This document shows, in pieces, positions 1 to 6,893 of a stretch of DNA of 64,000 nucleotides; within the stretch, counting starts at the first letter, position 1, and every line of letters starts with the position of its first letter. This DNA comes from Deltaproteobacteria bacterium (lineage in GTDB: Bacteria; Myxococcota_A; Polyangia; Haliangiales; Haliangiaceae), in assembly GCA_020630875.1 (NCBI GenBank), contig JAHDIH010000001.1, positions 789,093 to 853,092 of the forward strand, given 5' to 3'. Under the pieces are notes generated by a model that did not search any database, was not told the origin of the DNA, and saw nothing but the letters and a program-made list of their open reading frames with translations. Both the position numbers and the translations under genes were made by a program.

Positions 1-186
1 CCATTTTTCGAACGTTTTGCAGCGACGATTTTGCACAAAAGCTTAGGCCAAGACAGCTCGGAAACAACCTACATTTATAACTTTAGAGCAAAGCCTCGTT
101 GGCTTCGACCGGTTATGAATGTGATGTTAAAGCGTGAAGTGGAAAAAAGGTTGGTCGCGCTGAAGTACTTTCTCGAAAGAGGTTAG
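1..186 (+). CDS. 3'-terminal fragment of an unidentified CDS that runs off the left edge of the window
   Basis: Frame 1 is open from nt 1 to a TAG at 184-186 (61 codons) and is convergent with the atoE-like gene. It is too short to assign a function. Confidence 0.25.
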   Translation, partial: PFFERFAATILHKSLGQDSSETTYIYNFRAKPRWLRPVMNVMLKREVEKRLVALKYFLERG

Positions 187-202
187 GGCAGGCCGATGTT
201 GC

Positions 203-1495
203 TCAGCCGAACAGTCGAAGAATCAATGGAATCGAAATCCCAAGCGTAAGCCAAATCAGAAGGGTAGCACCTATGATGTCTTTGGCTCGAAGGTTCATAA
301 TTCCAAGAAGTGGCAGCGCCCAAAAAGGCTGGAGCATGTTTGTCCAACCGTCGCCGAAGGCAAAAGCAATAGCTACTGATTCGATTGGGGTATTTAGGGC
401 GTTGGCGGTGTCGATAAGGATTGGTCCTTGAATGGCCCATTGCCCACCACCGGAAGGTACCAGCAAGTTAACGAATCCCGCGGAAAAGAAGGTGTAAACG
501 GGCAGTGACTCTTGCGAAGCCATACTTGTTGCAAAGTCGGAGATAGCAGCTACGGCCCCACAGTCGTGCAGCATCGATACAATTCCAAAGTACAATGGGA
601 ATTGAATGACGATGCCCGCAGCGGAGGCAGCGCCTTCGCTCGATGCTTTCTGAAACTCAGATAGGCTGCCTTGCACCCAAAAAGCAAGAAAGAAAAATAG
701 GAAGGTAATCGTGTTGAGATCCACTTTTAAATGCGACGAAAGTACGCCCACCACAATTGCAGTGCTTCCTCCCATCCCAAAGAGTTGCCCTACGAGTCTT
801 TGTTTTAAGGGCCTTTTCTCGGGAGAGGTGGAGCGAGCCTGGCAGGATTGCTTGGATGGCATAGGCTTAGCACGTTTGCTTAACCCGTATACGACAAGTA
901 GAATCGTGCTGGTTGATACGAGCACTAGTGTCAGGTTGAGACTACTAAAAATGGTGTCGCTGATAGGGACCGTCGGGGCGTTTGGAATAATACTGTCTCC
1001 AGCTAAGTCTAAAAGTGCAGATCCGGACAGTCCGCCGTGCCAAATTGCCATTCCAGAATAGGCCGCCGCACCAAGAAGTGGGTAATTAATCTTGCCCCTC
1101 AACGTATCCGATGCGGCTAGTTCCCTCGCCAAGAAAGCCGCGGTAATTGCTCCAATCCCCCAATGAATAAGGGATGTCACGCAGGCAACCATGGCGACTA
1201 TCATGGAAGCGGAGACTCGGCCCTTTGGTAGCTTCGCAACAATCGCTATTAGTTTTCGAGCGCACTCGGATGTTGCAATTACGTGACCGCAAATGAGGAT
1301 GATCGCCATCTTTAACGTAAAGGCGGCTCCACTAGCTTTCGTAGCGCCCTTAATCCAAGAAACACCTGTTTCCAGCAGTCCCCCCGACTCATAGGATAGT
1401 ACCGATACGACAAACGATACGGCGGTTAATGTCAGGGCCAAAAATAGTGGAGAAGGGTAGTACTTACTGCAACTAGCCATACTGCAACGGACCAT
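203..1495 (-). CDS. atoE: short-chain fatty acid transporter, AtoE family
   Basis: 430-aa polytopic membrane protein with AtoE-family motifs: VPSGGGQWAIQGP, FGDGWTNMLQPFWALP and an ...ILICGHVIATS block that align with E. coli AtoE. Confidence 0.75.
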   Translation of the reverse strand: MVRCSMASCSKYYPSPLFLALTLTAVSFVVSVLSYESGGLLETGVSWIKGATKASGAAFTLKMAIILICGHVIATSECARKLIAIVAKLPKGRVSASMIVAMVACVTSLIHWGIGAITAAFLARELAASDTLRGKINYPLLGAAAYSGMAIWHGGLSGSALLDLAGDSIIPNAPTVPISDTIFSSLNLTLVLVSTSTILLVVYGLSKRAKPMPSKQSCQARSTSPEKRPLKQRLVGQLFGMGGSTAIVVGVLSSHLKVDLNTITFLFFFLAFWVQGSLSEFQKASSEGAASAAGIVIQFPLYFGIVSMLHDCGAVAAISDFATSMASQESLPVYTFFSAGFVNLLVPSGGGQWAIQGPILIDTANALNTPIESVAIAFAFGDGWTNMLQPFWALPLLGIMNLRAKDIIGATLLIWLTLGISIPLILRLFG

Positions 1496-1563
1496 GGAAT
1501 TCTCCTTTCTGTCAAACAGGTAGTTAGTTACTACTTTGGAGGAACATGGTATGAGTCAAATCG

Positions 1564-2265
1564 ATGTTTTCTAACAAGGAGTATTACGATCACTTTGCTC
1601 CTGCCTACGATCGAACCAGAAACAACCGATACCACGATATGCTCGACTCTCAGCTGGTGGAGTTGGTGCACAGATATGGCAACGGTAGAGATATCGCTGA
1701 GATTGGGTGCGGTAGCGGTCGTCTGCTTCGTCGCTTTCGTAGCTTCTCCGACGCTATTGGTATCGACATCTCGCCGGAGATGATCAAGGTTGCCAGGGAA
1801 AAGGGGCTCAATGTTATGGTGGGGAATGTGTGCGCATTGCCGCTTCCGGCTAATTCTTTTGATGTGGCGTGCGCCTTCAAGGTCCTGCCGCACGTTGCCG
1901 ATATTCACTTAGCGATGAAAGAGCTTTCGAGAGTGACTCGAGTGGGAGGGGTGGTGATTGCAGAGTTCTACAACAAGCGCAGTATCCGCTACCTAAACAA
2001 AAAGTTACTTCCACGTCGCTCTACTTCCCAAGCTGCTAGCGAGAAAGATGTATACTTGCGATTCGATGATCAAAAGTCCATTGCCAGCTTTTTGCCCGAG
2101 ACTCTTAATGTCGTAGAGTGTTTTGGGGCCCGACACTTCACTCCACTTGCCCAGCTTATGGAACTTCCGTTGATTGGACCAACTCTTGAGTTGGCAGAAA
2201 AAAGCTGGACTCATCCATCGCTTTGCAGTTTTCTTACGTTGGTTGCTCGAAAGAATACTCCGTAA
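1564..2265 (+). CDS. class I SAM-dependent methyltransferase
   Basis: Glycine-rich SAM motif I (EIGCGSGRLL) followed by an acidic post-I residue and motif II-like block; 233 aa. Confidence 0.7.
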   Translation: MFSNKEYYDHFAPAYDRTRNNRYHDMLDSQLVELVHRYGNGRDIAEIGCGSGRLLRRFRSFSDAIGIDISPEMIKVAREKGLNVMVGNVCALPLPANSFDVACAFKVLPHVADIHLAMKELSRVTRVGGVVIAEFYNKRSIRYLNKKLLPRRSTSQAASEKDVYLRFDDQKSIASFLPETLNVVECFGARHFTPLAQLMELPLIGPTLELAEKSWTHPSLCSFLTLVARKNTP

Positions 2266-2301
2266 ATCCCCACAGCGAAGAATTCCGAGTATTATCAACA
2301 C

Positions 2302-3675
2302 GTGGGCGATATTATTGTTGTTGACGACGAAGAGTCGATGCGTGAGTTCTTGGATATTTTTCTTACAAGGCAAGGGCATGGTGTGCGTACGGCAGATTCA
2401 GTGACTGCTGCTATGGCACTCATGGAGAAAATTCCTGCTGATATTGTGGTCTCTGATTTACGGATGCAGGGAGAACTCGACGGCCTCAAGCTACTTCATC
2501 AAATCAAAGAAAAGGGGTATCCGACAGAGGTAATTCTTGTAACAGCATTTGCGTCGCCCGAAACCGCGATTGCCGCTATGAAAGAAGGCGCCTACGACTA
2601 TCTGACCAAGCCGTTTAAAATCGATGAAATTGGTGCCGTAATTTCACGTGCCTTGGAGCGTCGTGCCTTGGTCACAGAAAACGCAACCCTAAAGCAGAAA
2701 GTCGCAGGGAAGTATCAACTAGGATCGCTTCTTGGTCGTAGTGAACCCATGCTGCGTGTTTTTGAATTAGTTAGAAAAGTAGCGGCAACGAACACCAGCG
2801 TATTGATTACTGGCGAAAGCGGTACCGGTAAAGAGCTGGTGGCAAGAGCGTTACATACTGAGAGTCCAAGAGCGGAGATGCCCTTCGTTGCAATAAACTG
2901 CGGAGCCATTCCAGCTGAGCTCATGGAAAGCGAGCTGTTTGGTCACGTTAAAGGCGCCTTCACTGGTGCCATCGGCGAGAAGCTAGGGTTGTTTAGGGCC
3001 GCCAATGGCGGCACGCTGTTTCTGGATGAGATCGGCGAGCTGTCACTGTCTTTACAGGTAAAGCTACTTCGTGCGCTGCAAGAACGTAAGGTAAAAGCGG
3101 TAGGCTCTTCTGAAGAAGTAGCTTTCGATATTCGGGTCGTCGCGGCTACCAACCGTGATCTGGAAGATGAAGTGGAGAGTGGGGCGTTTAGACAAGATTT
3201 GTACTACCGACTTAACGTTATTGAAGTCAGACTCCCAGCGCTAAGACAACGGCAAGAAGATATCATTTTACTTGCCAATCATTTTCTTAAACGTTTTGCG
3301 AGTGAACAATCTAGTGGTGTGACCTCGTTTAGTAGTGAAACCCTTAAACGGCTCGAGGGGTATGACTATCCTGGCAACGTCCGTGAGCTTGAGAATATTG
3401 TAGAGCGTGCGGTTACGCTATCTACAGAATCCGAGGTGACGCCCGACGTACTTCCAGCGATGAAAACGCGGCGCCAACCTAGGCCGAGTCAGGAACTTGA
3501 CTTTCCATTAGATCTCGAAAGAGTCTTGGGCGACTTTGAAAGACAGCTAATTACTAGGGCCATGAAAGCGGCAGAAGGCAAAAGAAAAATTATGTCTGAC
3601 ATGTTAGGTGTGACCAGTCGTTCCCTTCGTTACCGACTGGCGAAGTTGGGAATCGAAGTGTCGGATAAATCCTGA
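2302..3675 (+). CDS. sigma-54-dependent response regulator (NtrC family, PilR-like); GTG start
   Basis: N-terminal receiver domain (VVDDEES...VVSDLRM), central AAA+ sigma-54 activator domain (GESGTGKE Walker A, GAFTGA motif, ESELFGH) and C-terminal Fis-type HTH. No adjacent histidine kinase. Confidence 0.9.
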   Translation: MGDIIVVDDEESMREFLDIFLTRQGHGVRTADSVTAAMALMEKIPADIVVSDLRMQGELDGLKLLHQIKEKGYPTEVILVTAFASPETAIAAMKEGAYDYLTKPFKIDEIGAVISRALERRALVTENATLKQKVAGKYQLGSLLGRSEPMLRVFELVRKVAATNTSVLITGESGTGKELVARALHTESPRAEMPFVAINCGAIPAELMESELFGHVKGAFTGAIGEKLGLFRAANGGTLFLDEIGELSLSLQVKLLRALQERKVKAVGSSEEVAFDIRVVAATNRDLEDEVESGAFRQDLYYRLNVIEVRLPALRQRQEDIILLANHFLKRFASEQSSGVTSFSSETLKRLEGYDYPGNVRELENIVERAVTLSTESEVTPDVLPAMKTRRQPRPSQELDFPLDLERVLGDFERQLITRAMKAAEGKRKIMSDMLGVTSRSLRYRLAKLGIEVSDKS

Positions 3676-3734
3676 GATGTCGCTTTAGTTATTTTGGCTT
3701 TGGTGGATCCCAGTGCTGGTGTCCGTTGGAATAA

Positions 3735-4283
3735 TTGAATACAATTAACCTTATGGGGCTGGGAAAACAAAAAGGGTTTACATTGACCGAAATCATGATC
3801 GTAGTCGTGATTTTGGGAGTACTTGCATCAATTGCGGTGGTTAGTTTCTCTAGCTCAAAGGACGAAGCAACCGTACAAACTGAAATCAATACGGTTTTTG
3901 CCGCTTTCAGGTTGAGTCAGGAGAGCTATCGTTCAGAAAATAACGTATATCTTGCCTTGGGCAATAGCGATAGCGATCGCTACCCGCAGACACCGTCACC
4001 GAGTGCTTATCAGATTGTTGGCGATAGTAACTATCCAGACACGTGGACCGACCTCGTCTTGGACCTAAAACAGAGCTACTTAAGGTGCAGCTATGGCGGT
4101 GGAGCTGGAACTGCCTCTGATACGAGTGTTGGCTCCATTGCTTCGTCGTTTAATTACACGACACCAGATGAGTCTTGGTTTTACATATTTGCGCAATGCG
4201 ATATTGATGGAGATGGCGTTTTATCCACCTACTTTACCCACAGTGCGAACAATATTGTTCAATCTAAAAATAAAGGTGAGTAG
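3735..4283 (+). CDS. type IV pilin-like (minor pilin/pseudopilin) protein with prepilin N-terminal methylation motif
   Basis: KQKG/FTLTEIMIVVVILGVLASIAV prepilin peptidase site with Glu+5 and hydrophobic alpha1-N. The leader is 14 aa from ATG 3735 or 8 aa from ATG 3753. Followed by the same terminator as the pilA copies. Confidence 0.7.
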   Translation: MNTINLMGLGKQKGFTLTEIMIVVVILGVLASIAVVSFSSSKDEATVQTEINTVFAAFRLSQESYRSENNVYLALGNSDSDRYPQTPSPSAYQIVGDSNYPDTWTDLVLDLKQSYLRCSYGGGAGTASDTSVGSIASSFNYTTPDESWFYIFAQCDIDGDGVLSTYFTHSANNIVQSKNKGE

Positions 4284-4305
4284 TTAGTAAACTTAGCTAA
4301 GAAGT

Positions 4306-4340
4306 ACCGCGCGTCTTAGGACGCGCGGTTTTTATTTTCG
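4306..4340 (+). terminator. rho-independent terminator (copy 1 of 3)
   Basis: CCGCGCGTC-TTAG-GACGCGCGG perfect 9-bp stem followed by TTTTTATTTTCGG. Confidence 0.75.
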
Positions 4341-4379
4341 GCTATTCTCTCTGACCGATGGGGCATAGGATCGGTGAAG

Positions 4380-4398
4380 AGTAGAAGTACTGCGTAGA
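4380..4398 (+). promoter_or_regulatory. upstream motif GAGTAGAAGTACTGCGTAG, shared with the DUF4157 gene upstream region, overlapping palindrome GTAGATCTAC (4395-4404)
   Basis: The 12-mer GAGTAGAAGTAC recurs at 41017-41028, about 100 nt upstream of another TGGCAC-N5-TTGC element. The chance expectation of a 12-mer repeat in 64 kb is well below 0.01 per pair. Confidence 0.35.
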
Positions 4399-4424
4399 TC
4401 TACTTACGTTTCGGGACCATAAGA

Positions 4425-4439
4425 TGACAAAATTTGTCA
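4425..4439 (+). promoter_or_regulatory. perfect inverted repeat TGACAAA-A-TTTGTCA, candidate enhancer (UAS) for the sigma-54 activator
   Basis: 15-nt palindrome centred about 80 nt upstream of the -24 element, the typical distance for bacterial enhancer-binding protein (bEBP) sites. Confidence 0.35.
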
Positions 4440-4510
4440 CGAAGAATGCCGCAAAGCGTCTCTTTTTGATTGTCGTTCACCGGAAATTAGGTAGTTAGCA
4501 GGCTGAGAAG

Positions 4511-4527
4511 CTGGCACGACGCTTGCT
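4511..4527 (+). promoter_or_regulatory. sigma-54 (RpoN) -24/-12 promoter of pilA copy 1
   Basis: CTGGCACGACGCTTGCT matches YTGGCACG-N4-TTGCW with GG/GC spacing exact. It lies 44 nt upstream of the ATG at 4571, which has a GGAG RBS at 4557-4560. Confidence 0.7.
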
Positions 4528-4570
4528 AGTATTAAGGGCGTCTGAACAAACACACACGGAGAAAATTATT

Positions 4571-5092
4571 ATGATCAAAAAAATGCAAAAAGGATTCACA
4601 CTTATCGAGCTAATGATTGTTGTTGCCATTATTGGTATTCTAGCAGCAGTAGCGATTCCAGCGTTCGTACGCTACATCCAAGACGCGAAGTCTTCTGAGT
4701 TCAACATGAACTTGAAAGCAATCGCTGAAGGCGCGGTAATCTTTTACAACAACGACCAACCAACTTCTGATGGACTTGGAATTCTTCCAAAGTCACTTCC
4801 GGACTCAGTAGGTTTGACACCAGCCACAGTGACTTGCGACAAGAAAGCAGCAAACCACGACTGGCAAGCCACAGGACTTGACTGGAGCGACCTACGCTTC
4901 GAAATTTCTAAGGTATTCCTTGGTCACTACGAGTGGGAGCGCACAAGCACGACTGCCGGAGCGCACGCAGGTCTTGCGTCAGCTCAGTACGACGTAGACT
5001 GCGACGCGACCGTTGGTAGAACTACAGTATCTGTAGGTCAATCTGCAGGAACCATGCGAATCGGCTCATTCCTGATTGCAGACGAAGACTAA
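4571..5092 (+). CDS. pilA: type IVa major pilin PilA, copy 1 (ORF track start 4523; likely start ATG 4571 after a GGAG RBS)
   Basis: [32 protein letters not shown] is a classic short-leader type IVa prepilin with Glu5, close to Myxococcus PilA. Four Cys are available for C-terminal disulfides. Confidence 0.85.
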   Translation: MIKKMQKGFTLIELMIVVAIIGILAAVAIPAFVRYIQDAKSSEFNMNLKAIAEGAVIFYNNDQPTSDGLGILPKSLPDSVGLTPATVTCDKKAANHDWQATGLDWSDLRFEISKVFLGHYEWERTSTTAGAHAGLASAQYDVDCDATVGRTTVSVGQSAGTMRIGSFLIADED

Positions 5093-5115
5093 ACTTCTCC
5101 GATAGGGGAGGGAAC

Positions 5116-5150
5116 TACCGCGCGTCTTAGGACGCGCGGTTTTTATTTTC
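5116..5150 (+). terminator. rho-independent terminator (copy 2)
   Basis: Identical CCGCGCGTCTTAGGACGCGCGG hairpin plus T-run. Confidence 0.75.
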
Positions 5151-5234
5151 GGCTATTCTCTGTCACCGATGGGCATAGGACCGGTGAAGAGTAGAAGTAC
5201 TGCGTAGATCTACTTACGTTTCGGGACCATAAGA

Positions 5235-5249
5235 TGACAAAATTTGTCA
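5235..5249 (+). promoter_or_regulatory. TGACAAAATTTGTCA palindrome, copy 2 (candidate UAS)
   Basis: Identical to 4425-4439. Confidence 0.35.
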
Positions 5250-5320
5250 CGAAGAATGCCGCAAAGCGTCTCTTTTTGATTGTCGTTCACCGGAAATTAG
5301 GTAGTTAGCAGGCTGAGAAG

Positions 5321-5337
5321 CTGGCACGACGCTTGCT
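5321..5337 (+). promoter_or_regulatory. sigma-54 -24/-12 promoter of pilA copy 2
   Basis: Identical CTGGCACGACGCTTGCT. Confidence 0.7.
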
Positions 5338-5380
5338 AGTATTAAGGGCGTCTGAACAAACACACACGGAGAAAATTATT

Positions 5381-5902
5381 ATGATCAAAAAAATGCAAAA
5401 AGGATTCACACTTATCGAGCTAATGATTGTTGTTGCCATTATTGGTATTCTAGCAGCAGTAGCGATTCCAGCGTTCGTACGCTACATCCAAGACGCGAAG
5501 TCTTCTGAGTTCAACATGAACTTGAAAGCAATCGCTGAAGGCGCGGTAATCTTTTACAACAACGACCAACCAACTTCTGATGGACTTGGAATTCTTCCAA
5601 AGTCACTTCCGGACTCAGTAGGTTTGACACCAGCCACAGTGACTTGCGACAAGAAAGCAGCAAACCACGACTGGCAAGCCACAGGACTTGACTGGAGCGA
5701 CCTACGCTTCGAAATTTCTAAGGTATTCCTTGGTCACTACGAGTGGGAGCGCACAAGCACGACTGCCGGAGCGCACGCAGGTCTTGCGTCAGCTCAGTAC
5801 GACGTAGACTGCGACGCGACCGTTGGTAGAACTACAGTATCTGTAGGTCAATCTGCAGGAACCATGCGAATCGGCTCATTCCTGATTGCAGACGAAGACT
5901 AA
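5381..5902 (+). CDS. pilA: type IVa major pilin PilA, copy 2 (100% identical to copy 1; ORF track start 5333)
   Basis: Translation identical over 189/189 aa and DNA identical across the compared segments. Confidence 0.85.
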   Translation: MIKKMQKGFTLIELMIVVAIIGILAAVAIPAFVRYIQDAKSSEFNMNLKAIAEGAVIFYNNDQPTSDGLGILPKSLPDSVGLTPATVTCDKKAANHDWQATGLDWSDLRFEISKVFLGHYEWERTSTTAGAHAGLASAQYDVDCDATVGRTTVSVGQSAGTMRIGSFLIADED

Positions 5903-5925
5903 ACTTCTCCGATAGGGGAGGGAAC

Positions 5926-5960
5926 TACCGCGCGTCTTAGGACGCGCGGTTTTTATTTTC
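5926..5960 (+). terminator. rho-independent terminator (copy 3), end of the repeat array
   Basis: Same hairpin plus T-run. Similarity to the repeat unit ends right after TTTTCGGC. Confidence 0.75.
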
Positions 5961-6035
5961 GGCAAGCCTAGCTCAAGAAACCAATAAGTTTGGCAAGGGG
6001 ATGAACGGTTAGCGATTTAGTGAAATAATGGTGGA

Positions 6036-6893
6036 GTGAAAAGTCTGCTTTTGATAACCGCTGGTGCAGCTCTCTGCCTGGCGCAGTTTGTGATCAAGCC
6101 TTCGGCGCTTGAGTCTCGAGCTGGCTGGGGAACTCCAGATGAAGCCATGGCAGTGGCCGACCCTGGAATAGCGAGAGTGATGACGGCTGGATATAACGAA
6201 TTTTGGGCTTCGATGACCTGGGTTAGGCTGCAGGTGTACTCTGGGTCTTCCAAGCAGAACCGTTCCCGTGGGTACACGCAGCTGGGGCTGATGCTTGACT
6301 CCGCACTCGCGTTGGACCCCAAGTTTAGAGAAGCTTACGTTTTTGGCGGTCGTCACTTGACGCACCGAAGTGACAGCACGATGGCTACGCGCAAAGAATA
6401 TTTGCAACAAGCTTCCTATTTGGAGCGTGGCATTGTCGAGTTTCCAGAAGACGCCGCACTTAGGGAGCACCTTGCAAATTTGTATGCCTATGGGCTGGTA
6501 CCAGAGAGCAAGGAAGAAAAGCGTCAAAACTTTGAGCGAGCCATCGAACTGGTAGAAGAGGCGATGGACTTCAGCGGCGCGGATGTGGGGCGATTGGTCG
6601 ATTTATCGGTTGCCTACAAACTTAGTTTAAGCGGCGAAGACTCTGTCGCTGCTAATCAGATTCGTCTAGAAGCTTGCCAGACTCGAGCGGTACACGAGAA
6701 AAACTCTCAGGCGCGTAAGAACATTTATCGCGAATGTCAAAAGATCGCAGAAAGTCTTGGCCAAGGAGAAGCAATCCAAGAAGACCCTACCTTTGGTTCA
6801 TGGGAACGCGACTACCCCTTTGAGAAAAACGTCGACATAGTAATTCTCCTGGGGCAAGACGACAGCCGCTGGCGTACGACTTCTACCTATTGA
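6036..6893 (+). CDS. hypothetical secreted protein (GTG start, N-terminal signal peptide)
   Basis: KSLLLITAGAALCLAQF signal-like N-terminus, no recognisable catalytic motif. Immediately follows the pilA array. Confidence 0.5.
   Translation: MKSLLLITAGAALCLAQFVIKPSALESRAGWGTPDEAMAVADPGIARVMTAGYNEFWASMTWVRLQVYSGSSKQNRSRGYTQLGLMLDSALALDPKFREAYVFGGRHLTHRSDSTMATRKEYLQQASYLERGIVEFPEDAALREHLANLYAYGLVPESKEEKRQNFERAIELVEEAMDFSGADVGRLVDLSVAYKLSLSGEDSVAANQIRLEACQTRAVHEKNSQARKNIYRECQKIAESLGQGEAIQEDPTFGSWERDYPFEKNVDIVILLGQDDSRWRTTSTY

Larger units (their letters stand above)
4300..5963 (+). repeat. tandem direct duplication of an 810-bp unit (terminator + UAS + sigma-54 promoter + pilA), two full copies plus a third terminator
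   Basis: 4306-5115 and 5116-5925 are near-identical. The coding part and the 230 nt upstream are 100% identical; a few indels or substitutions lie just after the terminator. The period is exactly 810 nt (pilA starts 4523/5333 in the ORF track). Confidence 0.9.

Noticed and set aside
183-440. 85-aa ORF
   Set aside because: Lies entirely within the atoE-like gene in another frame of the same strand (shadow ORF). Arg/His-rich.
711-1061. 116-aa plus-strand ORF
   Set aside because: Antisense to the AtoE-family transporter gene, with no independent support.
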